Below the pieces are notes generated by a model. That model had not been told where the DNA came from and searched no databases. It was given only the letters and a program-made list of their open reading frames with translations. Positions 38,683 to 50,549 of a DNA stretch of 64,000 nucleotides are shown piece after piece (position 1 is the first letter of the stretch; each line of letters opens with the position of its first letter). This DNA comes from Octopus bimaculoides (lineage: Eukaryota). The translations under genes were made by a program, and so were the position numbers. Location of the stretch: positions 153,331,333 through 153,395,332 of the forward strand of contig NC_068982.1 in assembly GCF_001194135.2 (NCBI RefSeq). The letters are read 5' to 3'.

Positions 38683-39026
38683 NNNNNNNNNNNNNNNNNN
38701 NNNNNNNNNNNNNNNNNNNNNNNNNNNNNNNNNNNNNNNNNNNNNNNNNNNNNNNNNNNNNNNNNNNNNNNNNNNNNNNNNNNNNNNNNNNNNNNNNNNN
38801 NNNNNNNNNNNNNNNNNNNNNNNNNNNNNNNNNNNNNNNNNNNNNNNNNNNNNNNNNNNNNNNNNNNNNNNNNNNNNNNNNNNNNNNNNNNNNNNNNNNN
38901 NNNNNNNNNNNNNNNNNNNNNNNNNNNNNNNNNNNNNNNNNNNNNNNNNNNNNNNNNNNNNNNNNNNNNNNNNNNNNNNNNNNNNNNNNNNNNNNNNNNN
39001 NNNNNNNNNNNNNNNNATATATATAC

Positions 39027-39393
39027 ATATGGGTACAGGACGTCACCAACGGTGCAAATAACCTGAAATGTATAAACAAACGAGTTGAATACGTAAACAA
39101 CGAGAGAAAAATGGAAAACAAGACAAGTTAACATAGAAAAAGGACCCGTCATCAGTTGTCGGCTGTTTATCTACTCCTCATTTCGAGGATTAAATGACAA
39201 TATGAGTCTTCAAAGACAGTTGCTCCCATAAATTCTGAAATAAGATTTAGGATTTATGGAGGGTCAATGTTGGGAACAAAAACATGACAGTGGAGACATC
39301 CAAGGAAATCGAACGAAATCAAAGAGGAGGGTCGTTAGACCAGAACAAGAGGAAATTAGTGGGAGAAGCATTTTTTTTTAATAGAGGAAACAT

Positions 39394-39462
<69 letters not shown>

Positions 39463-39540
39463 GGAGAGAGAGAGAGAGAAACAGGTCCGTTCTTTTGGAC
39501 GTCTGTGCAGGAAAATACAGATGTTCACGCGAGGAAAAAT
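39027..39540. repeat. Unclassified interspersed repeat, tandem copy 2
   Basis: Same orientation as 37975-38480, with many substitutions and small indels. Confidence 0.9.
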
Positions 39541-39569
39541 ATGTATGTACGTATATACCTATATATTTA

Positions 39570-39965
39570 CGTAAGATACATTCCAAAGGTTTCCTAACTT
39601 TTTGAGAAGATGCAATTATTAATTTCTAAGTAGGAAACTCCTTCAAAATAGAGGTCTCTGACTTCGATGCCCATGTTGTAGCGTTCTAGTCCCCTCGTGA
39701 AGGCTCCATAGTTCTCCAAAGTGAATGATTGTAGGACCTTTGTCACAACCTCCATATTGGCAATGGATTCAAAACAGATACCTCCGACGTTCTCCTTCAG
39801 CCTGAAAAATAACGAAAAGTCACAGAGAACAAGGTCTAGAGTGTATTGAGTGTGAGGGAAGGTTTTGATGCCTACCTCAAGTAATTCGCTATATAGATTG
39901 AATTGTGGACGGTGGAAAGGCCTGGTGCAGATGCGCTGCAGAACTTGGAACGAAAGACAATGTTA
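39570..39965 (-). mobile_element. Mariner transposase C-terminal fragment with right TIR
   Basis: GIKTFPHTQYTLDLVLCDFSLFFRLKENVGGICFESI..GLERYNMGIEVRDLYFEG (cf. HPPYSPDLAPCDF.LF); ends GGAAACCTTTGGAATGTATCTTACG|TA. Confidence 0.85.
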
Positions 39966-42191
39966 CCAAGCCACTAAAAATGTCGTGAGCAGTGAAAAAA
40001 GAACTTTAACATACAGCCGACTAATTGTTTAAATCAGTACATTAAACAATCGATTAATTACTTGGTTTAGATGCTTAATCAATTAACAAATAATAAAGAA
40101 GTTGAATGAAACCCATGTGTGTGTTATTGTTATTGGTGTCATCACTCTTCGAACACAAAACAAAATTTGTTTCAAAATACGAATTCACATCAGACCAAAT
40201 ACGAAAATGATCTCAAGAGAGAGATGACCGCATAAAGTAATATAATGATAGTTAAAAGAACCGGAGGTTCCACAGAAAGTTCCAAATGTAATGTTAGAAA
40301 CTGAGGAATGCCGGTGTATGGGGCCTGACGTAGACATTGGAAGAGGTTGGTGATTAGTCACATGTGATAAGATGCTATTTAATCTTGAAGCGGACAAAAG
40401 GGGAATGTTTTAAACGTGTGTCATAGCGCGTTATATGCATATGTAAAGATGAAGGTTTAAAAGTATTGTGGCATTGGTTAGTGTGGATGTGGAAGATGTC
40501 AATATATGTGAACTTGCTTAAATGGTTGTTTGAATGTTTGTATTTGAGAAAGTGATTTCGTAAATGTAAGTGTACATTCATGCATAAAAGAAGACGGACT
40601 CAAGTGTTGGGAAGTGATGACTGAAGGGAGGTGTGCATGTATACATATATACACAGGAATATATATGTACATGTATATAAATATATCTGTATGTACATAC
40701 ACATATATGTCTGTGCGTGAGTGGATACATGAATGCGTAGGCGTATGTGTACTGTGAAAGTATAATCGTTTATGAGGACAATTTCAAGCCTTATCAATCA
40801 ATTCAATGATCAGTCATGAGAAAGATAGCACAAGGTTTTCCTGTCCTTATTCCCATTTTTTAAAACGTTCACCATGTTATAAAGAAGATGCCTTGAATTA
40901 CAGACTAACTGTATATTTTAGATAACATATGGTTATGTGTCCTTATTAATATTTATATCTAAATAGACGCATGCCATGTTAGGCCATATGAAAATTTCAC
41001 CAACGTGCTAGGAAAATCATTTAAATATACTGTAAGTCACTAGATAGCTTGTGAAGGAAACAGATGGATGTATTGTACAATGTGAACTCTGATGTACAAA
41101 CAAAATAATCGCGAATTCGAAGTCTTTCAAAGTAGGTCCATTGGACTGTTCCCCGAATTTCAGATGTATCCCACGTTCTTATGTACAACATGTCGTGGCA
41201 TAGTATATCCCTCAATAATTTACAGAGAAGTAGAAGCTCCCTTACTTAATTTCGGAGATTAGTAGAGGAATGAGTTCTATGTATAGTGTCTAGATTTGAA
41301 ACGAATAAATCTTAGCGCTTTTAACTACCGTAAGATAACCACATTGGCAAAATGTTCTTTATTATATCTCTGCGAGGTGTTAGATACAGTGTAAAGAGAG
41401 ATTGAACGTGAGTTTTCTTATAAATAATTGACTGGTTGAGAAAGTACATGTAAATATACACAACGATTTTACAGCTATCAAAATTATGATTAATCTACAT
41501 AACGGTAAATATGTGTTATAATAAATTTACAAGACAGTCTTACAATGATTATATATGGAATATCAAAATTATGGAGAAAAATGTTTTAAATCGTAAATCA
41601 AATATTAAAAATGCTAGTCAACGTATTGAAAGTTAAAGCTTCGACACGTTTTTAATTATCTAAATAAATTAGCACTAATTTAAAGATAATGTTTGAAGCA
41701 AATAAACGATACCATGTGAAAACTATAGACATAGTTTAATTATAATTTCGACACGAAATGCCAGACAAAAATCAGATTAAATGGGTAATAACTGACATGA
41801 GTTTTATCATCTAGAATATAGACATCATTTGAAATTTTGATCAGATTTGACACAGAAAAGAAAATATCTCCTTAATTTTAACAGAGATACAAACAGTCTA
41901 CAAATTATTATTGTGCAGGAAAGATGGTAGCAGAAATCCTTACTCCGTAACTAAACATTTTGCATAGGTAAATATATACATATCAATACTCAGTAGTAAT
42001 CTTTTATAAGTTCGATTAAGCAGGTAAGGAAGAAGAGTTTCTCGCTGTGGGTCTTCACAGTTTCTCACTTAAATATTGTTGGTGTAAAACTTGGTGACGT
42101 GTAAGACAAGGGTTTAAAGAGCAAAAAATTGTGTGTGTGCTAACCTGTTTGTGTGTGCGTGTGTGTGTATGTATGTGTGTGTCTGTGTGCA

Positions 42192-43005
42192 CGAGATCTG
42201 ATCAATAAGTATCCGGAGAGTTGCCATAGTGATAAAGCTAAAGCACGCAAAATGAAGCCGCTTGGCACAGATTGACCTTGAATTCTGCTGTGCATGCGCA
42301 CTATGTTTTAACGTTCTAGATCACTTCTGCTGTTTACAGAAGTGCTTGGAAGGAAGTTGTGTAGGGTGTGATCGTCGTATTGACCATAACAGAGAAAGTT
42401 GCCATGGCGTTACCTGCTCAGAGGCCTACGCAAAGTTGCAGAAAGTGTATGGAGAGGAGTGTATGTGCTGCACACGCGGGTACAAGTGGTTCAGCCGTTT
42501 CCAAGATGGCCGGATAAATGCCAATATTGGCGAACGTTCTGAGAGGCCCGGAACCAGTGGAAGTGAGAAAAACATCGCAAATGCGCGTGCAGCTGTAAGG
42601 GTAAATTGTCGAATCATCATCTGTAAGTTATCAGATGTGCAGATTAGTTATGGATCAGTTCAGTCCATTATCACTGCTAAGTTTGTTCCCAAACTGCTTT
42701 CAGTTGACAAAAAAGACACTCGGGTTTTAGTTGCACAAAACCTTGATTGTGTCGAGAACGATAAAAACGTTTTTGAAGACTTTGCGCAGGCCACTGAGCA
42801 GGTGTCACCAAGCTTTTAACAAAGTTTGATGCAGATTCTCAGTTCAACTTTCTCTGTTACGGTCAGTGCGAAGATCACACGCTACACACCTTCCTTCCAA
42901 GCACTGCTGTAAATAGCGGAAGTGAGCTTGAAAGGTAAAACTCTTCTGTGCACAGCAGAGTTCAAGGTCAGTCTGTTCCAAGCAGCTTCCCTCTGCGTGC
43001 TTTAG
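42192..43005 (+). mobile_element. Non-autonomous mariner derivative, copy 2 (right TIR truncated)
   Basis: CGAGATCTGATCAATAAGTATCCGG; TCSEAYAKLQKVYGEE..YKWFSRFQDGR..ISYGSVQSII..FVPKLLS; inverted copy of the 5' region at 42780-43005. Confidence 0.88.
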
Positions 43006-43169
43006 AGAAAGCAAGAGAGAGAGATAATGAAAGGGTTATTTGCTTTTCCCCCAAAGATATCCAGGGAATCTTTCTTTGTATTTGCAGATCTTTGAGATCC
43101 ATAGTTGTTCAAATATTCATCTCTGCCCATACATTTTCGCATGCACGTGTATGTGGTTGTGTGTACATA

Positions 43170-43215
43170 CGTGGTCTGATCAATAAGTATCAGAACTGTT
43201 GCTATAGTAATAAAA
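43170..43215 (+). mobile_element. Solo left-TIR stub of the same mariner family
   Basis: TA|CGTGGTCTGATCAATAAGTATCAGAACTGTTGCTATAGTAA. Confidence 0.75.
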
Positions 43216-43509
43216 GAGTGGAGTTGTGGAAGCATTAAACTACAAACCGTGACTACACCTGCTCACCGTCAAAGAAGCGCTGCATATTTCGTGACCTCAG
43301 TGCATGGCTGCACATCAGTGGGTACAAAATACAGGTGTTGATAACAAATGGAGAGTCTTACTACTGGAACACCTCTCTTTCACAGAAAGTAGAAGTGTAC
43401 GCGCTCCAGTTTAGTCAGACTTAAACTGGAGCAAAGCACGACGATTAGGACGTAGTATATAACGGAAGTGATGAATGCATTTGCTACCTCTCCCCGGCCT
43501 GATAATGAT

Positions 43510-43871
43510 AATAATAATAGTTACAGTACCAGACAATGGCTTTCATAGGTTCTGATTTTAACTGATTGGAAGTGTTATGTAATGATTTGTCTTGGTGTAA
43601 AAGATAGGTTTCAGCAATTATTCAGCTCAGTAGTACAGATTTGTTGGTCAGTTGCTTGATTTAAGCAGTTGAACATGTTCCTAAGTGGTTGTCGATATGT
43701 GCATCTTTGATCACAAGTAGGAGTACAGAGTGAACATCATAGCTATGTATTGAGAGGAATTCTTTGAGATTTGAATAAATCACCCCCAGAAACATGGATA
43801 TTTTGTTCATCATCCTTAAGCAACCGTTGTTCAGGGACCTTTTAGCAGGATAGACTATCTCAAAGTCACTT

Positions 43872-43930
<59 letters not shown>

Positions 43931-44295
43931 AAATAAGTAGATTCTGTCTCACCAGGTCAGAACGAGGTAGACCACCCACAGTGACATCAGCAGCTAGGAA
44001 AAACACCGAGGAGCGCTGCATTGGATGGAATGCACCTACCCACGACCCAGGGGATAATGTCCAGATACTGAAAATGGTTGAACATCTAGTTGTATCACCC
44101 TAGAGAACCATATAGCTAAATTCAATGAGAAGCTATATATGCAAGTCCAGTGGGCAGCCATCGGTGTCAGTGTGGTTGGTTGTTCACGTATGCACGTATG
44201 GTGTACCCTTATCAGATGGGTAGTCATGATTGGTATACTCGACTTCTTATATTTTACCCCAGTGTCACTTTTATAGCATGCACTTCTCCCTCAGA
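43510..44295 (+). repeat. Diverged copy of the (AAT)n-flanked repeat, interrupted by an (AAT)n tract and with a different middle
   Basis: 43520-43860 aligns to 44495-44850; 44190-44295 aligns to 44950-45048; (AAT)n at 43873-43930. Confidence 0.75.
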
Positions 44296-44330
44296 CAATG
44301 ATGATGATGATGATGATAATAATAAAAATG

Positions 44331-44418
<88 letters not shown>

Positions 44419-44423
44419 TGATG

Positions 44424-44483
<60 letters not shown>

Positions 44484-44484
<1 letters not shown>

Positions 44485-45046
44485 TAAATGCCCGGATGCA
44501 GTACAGAGCAGGGGCTCTCATGGCTTCTGATCTTAATTGATTGGAAGTGTTATCACGTACATTGTTTTCTCTCGGTATAAAAGATGGGCTACAGCAAATA
44601 TTCTGCTTAATACTACAGATTTGCTTGTCAGTTGTTTGACCATAACCAGTTGAGCATGTCCCTTGGTGGCTGACGATATGTGCGTCTCTGATCATGAGCA
44701 GAAGTAGTGGGGGAGCATCATTACCATGTGTTGAGAGGAATTCTTTGGGGTTTTTAAATAATTCACCTTTGGAAACATGGGTGTTTTGCTCAACATCCTT
44801 AAACAATCCTTATTCAGGGACCTTTTTGAGCGGGATGGGCTATTTGACCTGAAGAAAATTCTAACTGGGCCCCACTTGCGAAGTCATACGCTGTTTATCT
44901 TGATAGGATATAACCATGTCACGCACATATGGTTTTGATTCACGTGCCTGGTGTACCCTTATCAGATGGGTAGTCATGATGGGTAAAATGGGATTTGTAT
45001 ATTTTACCCCAGTGTCACTTTGATGGCATGCACTGCTCTCTCACTC

Positions 45047-45048
<2 letters not shown>
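44484..45048 (+). repeat. Unclassified about 560-bp element flanked on both sides by (AAT)n
   Basis: Sharp ends AAATGCCCGGATGCAG ... CTCTCACTC; (AAT)n at 44296-44483 and 45049-45090; no credible ORF. Confidence 0.85.
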
Positions 45049-45090
<42 letters not shown>

Positions 45091-45092
<2 letters not shown>

Positions 45093-46265
45093 TATACAAC
45101 GCACAGAAGGTGGCAGGGGTCTTATACAGCTGGAAAACTATTGTAAAATAACCACCATCGGACTGCAAAAATACCTACTCCAGAAGCAAGGAAAACTAAT
45201 ACAAATAGCCACAAAACACGAGCAAAACAAAAAACTGTTTTCAGTATTTAAGGAAGCTGACAAATACAAACAAGAAATCGTACTACCTAACAAATTCGAA
45301 GGCGAAGAAGAAGAAACAACAAAAGCTATAAAACAAATGAAATCCAAACTAAAACTAGAACAGCAACGGACCATGATAAAACGATGGCAAGAAAAGCCCC
45401 TACATGGTAAATACTGGGCTAAACTAAATGCAAAAGAAATAGACAGAGAAAAATCCCAGCAATGGTTGAGAAGCTCAAGACTCAAAGCAGAGACTGAAGG
45501 ATTTTTAATTGCTGCACAAGACCAAAGCCTCCCCACCAGAAATTACCAAAAAGATATCATGAAAACAAACAGAACCAGTAACTGTAGAATATGTGGAGAT
45601 GGACAAGAAACAATAAATCATATTATCTCTGGCTGCCCAGTCCTGGCTAAGAAGGAATGTATTCACAGACACGACAAAGCTGGGACCTATATACACTAGA
45701 AGCTATGCCAACACTATGGAATAACAACAGAAAAAAGATGGTATAAACACACGCCAGAAAAGGTCACAGAAAACGAGAAAGCAACCATACTCTGGGATAT
45801 GCCAATACACACAGATAGAGGAATTAAGGCAAATAGACCAGATATAGTTTTCAAAGATCATGAAGAAAGATAATGATTTCTAATTGATGTATCAATACCA
45901 GCAGATGACAACGTTTCCCTAAAAGAAATGGAAAACCTTTCAAAATACAAAAACCTGGAAATAGAGGTAACTCGAATGTGAAATCTAAAAACAGAAACAA
46001 TTCCTATCATAGTAGGTGCCTTAGGTATAATAAAAAAATATTCAGACAAATACATAACAAAAACATCAGGACTTACAAATATATATAACATACAAAAAAT
46101 TGCATTATTGGGCACTGCACACATCCTACGCAAAACACTTTCAATACAGTAACCATAAGAGCATCACAGCAAACCACAGCACATATCCAAGGCACACAGA
46201 GCTGCGCTCGGTAGTGACGTGAAAGCACGTTATAAAAATAAAACTACTGAACAATAATAATAATA
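45091..46265 (+). mobile_element. 5'-truncated R4/Dong-clade non-LTR retrotransposon (family A)
   Basis: YIQRTEGGRGLIQL..KPLHGKY..ETEGFLIAAQDQSL; zinc knuckle CRICGDGQETINHIISGC; RHD; RLE RPDIV..FLIDVSIP..KY; GALG; few stops; (AAT)n at both ends. Confidence 0.93.
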
Positions 46266-46399
46266 AGAAATGTGTTATAATGTAGCTGAAAAGGGGTAAG
46301 TTACAGTCCGTAGTAGGGATAGAATAAGCTAATAGAGAATTGATTAGGCAAATTTGAAAGGATGGCTAGAAGTACCTTATAATGGAGAAGGACATGAAA

Positions 46400-47600
46400 G
46401 AGCAACTGTGGATGGAATATTTTCGAAGAGCGACAACATCACTTCAGTATGGATTTGGAAGTATAAAATGGCAAAAGAACTGATGAACATGTATGCGAAG
46501 ATGAGAAAAATATTGACAGTAAATAGAGTCTTTCGCCCTATGAGTATCACCGATAAGCTGTACTTATCCAGAAGAAACGGTGGGAAAGGTTTGATCAGTT
46601 TCCAGCATTGTAGCAAAGCAGAAGACAACAGCTTAGGGGAGTATGAAAAGAATACACAGGGACTAGTTTTGAAACATGTGATGAAGGTCGGCGTCATCAA
46701 AACTGATTGAGTTAAGAAAGAAAATCTTAAAGAGGACAACAACACAAAAAGAGAAACGGTATGGAAGACGAAAAAATGTACGATCAGTTTGCAAGAGATA
46801 CGAACGCCAAGACAGATACAGAAGACCGGTGGGTATGACTGAGAAGTGACATCAAGATAGAGACAGAAGCACTTATATGCACAGCTTAAGAACTATGTGA
46901 AGTGCAGAATCAACAACACTACCGGCAGCAACAAATGCAGAATGTGTGGTGAGAGGGGTGAAACGGTATGACACATCGTTAGAGAATGCCCTGAAATTGG
47001 CACAACGCTAATAGAAAAGACAACATGACAACGGGGCAAGAATGAGCCATTGGGAGTTCTGTGGGAATCACAGCCTACAAAGAGCAAAGACGTCGTATGA
47101 GCAAACTTCAGAAGGAGTTACCGAGAATGAAAATTCCAAAATCCTGTAGGATGCAATGATTCAGTCCGACCACCTGTCCAGACATCGGAAACCGAACATT
47201 GTTGTGGTGAATAAAAAAGAGAGAACTTGCATGATATTCGACATAGCATGTCCCTATAACAACAGGATCAAAGAGAAAGAAGAATAACTGAACAACTATG
47301 GCGATTTGAAGTGGGATATACGAAGGTTGTGGTCAATGAAGAGAGTAGATGTGATACCAATAGAAATTGGCGCACTTGGAAGTATCAGTACTCAAATATC
47401 AACATGGCTAAACATGATTGGTACAAATGTAAAGATCGTACAGCTACAAAAATCAACAATGCTTGAAATTGCAAGAATTCTCCACAGGGTTCTTGATGCA
47501 TGACTAATAAAGTGTCACCTTAGTCTGCTGGCTGTGAACAGTTGCCCCTTTCCATCATACCCAGCATAAGCTGTGAGTTTCATTAAATATTAATAATAAT
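46400..47600 (+). mobile_element. 5'-truncated R4/Dong-clade element (family C, older)
   Basis: KLYLSRRNGGKGL; CRMCGERGETV*HIVREC; KPNIVVVNKKERTCMIFDIACP; VIPIEIGALGS; ends in AATAAT. Confidence 0.88.
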
Positions 47601-47815
47601 GGTTTCAAAATTTGGCTCTAGGCCAGTACGTCTGAGGTAAAGAGTCGCTTGATAACATCGATCCCAGTAATCATCTGATACTTGTCTTATCGACCCAAAA
47701 ATGATGAAGAGGAAAGTTGTCCTCGGCGGAATTTGAACTCAGAACGCAAAGACGGACGAAATGCCACCAAACAATTTACAAGGCATGCAATTGAATCTGC
47801 CAGCGCACTGCCTTA
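47601..47815 (-). mobile_element. tRNA-derived SINE, family 2 (diverged), followed by (GAT)n
   Basis: Plus strand GGCGGAATTTGAACTCAGAACG..CTGCCAGCGCACTGCCTT is the reverse complement of the family 2 head; (GAT)n at 47816-47900. Confidence 0.75.
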
Positions 47816-47825
47816 ATAATGATAT

Positions 47826-47879
<54 letters not shown>

Positions 47880-48358
47880 CGATGATGATTATGATGATGA
47901 TCCAGTCTATAATACATTTGTATATATACGTTTTATCTCTACCTATTCGAAGGAATATGCTAAAAACACAAGAGAGAAATCGATTGAAATGTAAGAGATG
48001 GAAGATTAAGGGGGAAATTGGACAAGTAAGTGAGGGGGAAATGTAAGCAAAACATAAAAAGACATTTAGATGGAGTGAGAGATACTAATTGAGAATAATA
48101 TTTACAACATTATACAATTTGGCATACGTTCAGTTTTCAACAGCGTTTTATGTTTCGTAATATGTCACAGGTTGCAATTAAATACCATATTTACATTTTG
48201 TAGTCTTATACAGGTTGTAGTATAAAGTGATATTTATGTTCGACAATGCAATATTACATAGCATAATATGATGCTGCAGTATTTTAGAGCGTCATTAATA
48301 ATCTTTCATAATTTATTAGAGTTTCTATTTACAGCAATGTATGTATGCATATATGTAT

Positions 48359-48428
48359 GTGCGCTTGCGTGTGCGCTTGCGTGTGCGCTTGCGTGTGCGC
48401 TTGCGTGTGCGCTTGCGTGTGCGTGTGT
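48359..48428. repeat. 12-bp minisatellite (GTGCGCTTGCGT)x5
   Basis: Direct read. Confidence 0.95.
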
Positions 48429-48729
48429 ATGTGTGTGTATGTTCGTTTGTGTGTATGTCTATATGCATTTTACTCTATTTTAGAGAATGAAATTTACAAC
48501 ATTTATACATTGTTGGAAAATGACACCGATTTTACAATAACATTTACATATAATACAGATTGAAGTTTAAAACATATTTTGAACATTCTTCTCATATGTT
48601 ATGTTTCAGTAAACATCAAGTCAACCTAACATTTTAGCTTGAGATGTTAAATGTGCATTTAATATAACAGCTCTTTATGAACATATCCTGTGTATGTTTT
48701 AAGAGACTGTAAAACACAGACATTCTGTT

Positions 48730-50145
48730 ATAAATAAAGGTTCATTTGAAGGGGACCTTGGTCTGATTTGCAACGGTATCACCATCGAATATTTTACAGC
48801 TTGATATACATATAGCAGTGCTAACAACTAGAGCATTGCGCCTTGCTAAATGATGCTGCACATTTGAAGACTTCCAGCAAATATGACCAATCAACTAAAA
48901 CCGGCACCTGATACTTCATCGACACTGTACCATTCGTTGCTCGTTAGGCATAGTTTGATGAGGAAACTTGAAAAACCACTTTGTCTTAATAGACTTTCCC
49001 AAATGAAAACACGCCGACTGGTTTGAAGAAAAGAATGTAAAGACAGAACAACAAGTGCCGCCCGAAAGGCAAAGGTATCATCAAGTCATTTTCAGTAAGC
49101 AAAGTAAAAGATACCTCTTGACTTAAAGACGCAGATACCTCACTCGATAGAGAATTGTGGCATCTAAAATACTGATGATAAACCAACAAGACAAAGGAAA
49201 CTCAGGCTCTTGTTGACTCTCATAACATGAACATCTGTTGTCCCAGAGAAGTGCACTTTACTCAGAGACGTAGAAACGTACGAATGAGAAATAACCCTGA
49301 AGTCGGACAAATTTAAGCGACGTGAGGAAAGGTTTAGGGTCCTATGAAATCACTCCTTATCACATTTTAGCAAAGCTTCAGATTATATCCCGCAATTTCT
49401 GTAAAACATGAGTTTGAATCTACTACCGAATATAGATGTGTGAGATAAAATCAGGGAAGACGCCTGGTGTTGACAGTAAATCTGTAGAAGTCTATAGATA
49501 TAGCGAGAAAGAATTGTACTGTAGATCCCAGATTCAACAGACAATTGACGCCGTACAGTATCTTCTATTACCAATCTAAGAATAGTCATCATTTATAAGC
49601 ATAGGGGCAAACCACAGTAATTTAACTACCTAATTTCAATATGCGGTGTCATATTTCAGATATCTTTCACTTTAAACTTAGAACTTAAAACAGCAGATCA
49701 TCACCATGTCAAGATAGCCAGATATATTGTGGGAAAATTCACATATTTAGGTAATATGTTTTCTGAAGATAGCAACTCGACAACGTTATTAATCGCTTCA
49801 ACAGCCAGCGTCGGTCGTTTTCAGGAAGCTCAATGATTGATCGTGAAAGCACTGTGATACTATGGTGTCAATATATGTAAAAGCTGAAGAAATTACAATT
49901 TTTCCTCCTTTGATCTATAATGAATATTGCTTGGCGAGACCACATCTCTAGGCATGAGGTGCTTGGCATGAGGTGCTTGGCATGCTATTAAGAATAGTGT
50001 TACGTGTATCCTGATGGAATTTGTATGGAGGACAATATGATTCCCAAAGGTCAGTTTTACAGCGAGCTAAAATGTAGAAGCTGTCACAGAGAGAGCCTGA
50101 AATTCCATTATAAGAAAGTTATTGAGCCTCTTAGTACGACCTGCC
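48730..50145 (+). mobile_element. Deleted, decayed RTE-BovB-like LINE (APE end, linker, RT and 3' region)
   Basis: DWFEE (cf. DWFDEN), NKTKETQALVDSHNM, IKSGKTPGVDSKSVEVY, GKFTYLG, MNIAWRDHISRHEVL, MEDNMIPKGQFYSEL. Confidence 0.7.
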
Positions 50146-50549
50146 AAGGATAAAAAATGACACAAATGCATTTAAATGGAACTAAATGTATGTTTTAGTT
50201 TTCCAGTATGTAATACCGAAAGATTAGCGCTTTAGGTTAACGTATATCATGTCCATGATCTCTGACTGCAATGACGTCTGCAGCATAATTCACCTTACAA
50301 GAGATTTTAAACTGTATTACTTAGCTGCAGAGTTTTTCGGAGTTGAGTTGAAAGGGAGTATAAGGACTTTCTCGCAAACACTCTGTGTAATCGTTGTTCT
50401 TTGTGAAGGTTGGAAAATTACCTTCAACACATCGTGTTGCAATGATATTTATATCTAAATCCTCATCTTTACTGGCAGTTCCATTTTGTGTCTGAAGCAA
50501 CTAGGAACTAAATGCTGCATTCTTGTTTCTAGAGTAGGTAGTGTTTGTA

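Noticed and set aside
39130-39160. CTGATGA on the minus strand in the tandem repeat
   Set aside because: No stem II, GAAA or stem III follows; not a hammerhead as it stands
40185-40397. ORF starting SASRLNSILSHV with a PTS2-like RLx5H motif
   Set aside because: Starts at TTG rather than ATG, has no convincing splice donor and no recognisable domain
44150-44806. Poly-N, poly-I and poly-M ORFs
   Set aside because: Translations of (AAT)n/(GAT)n tracts
49165-49205. CTGATGA...GAAA spacing
   Set aside because: No stem II pairing; lies inside the RTE ORF remnant
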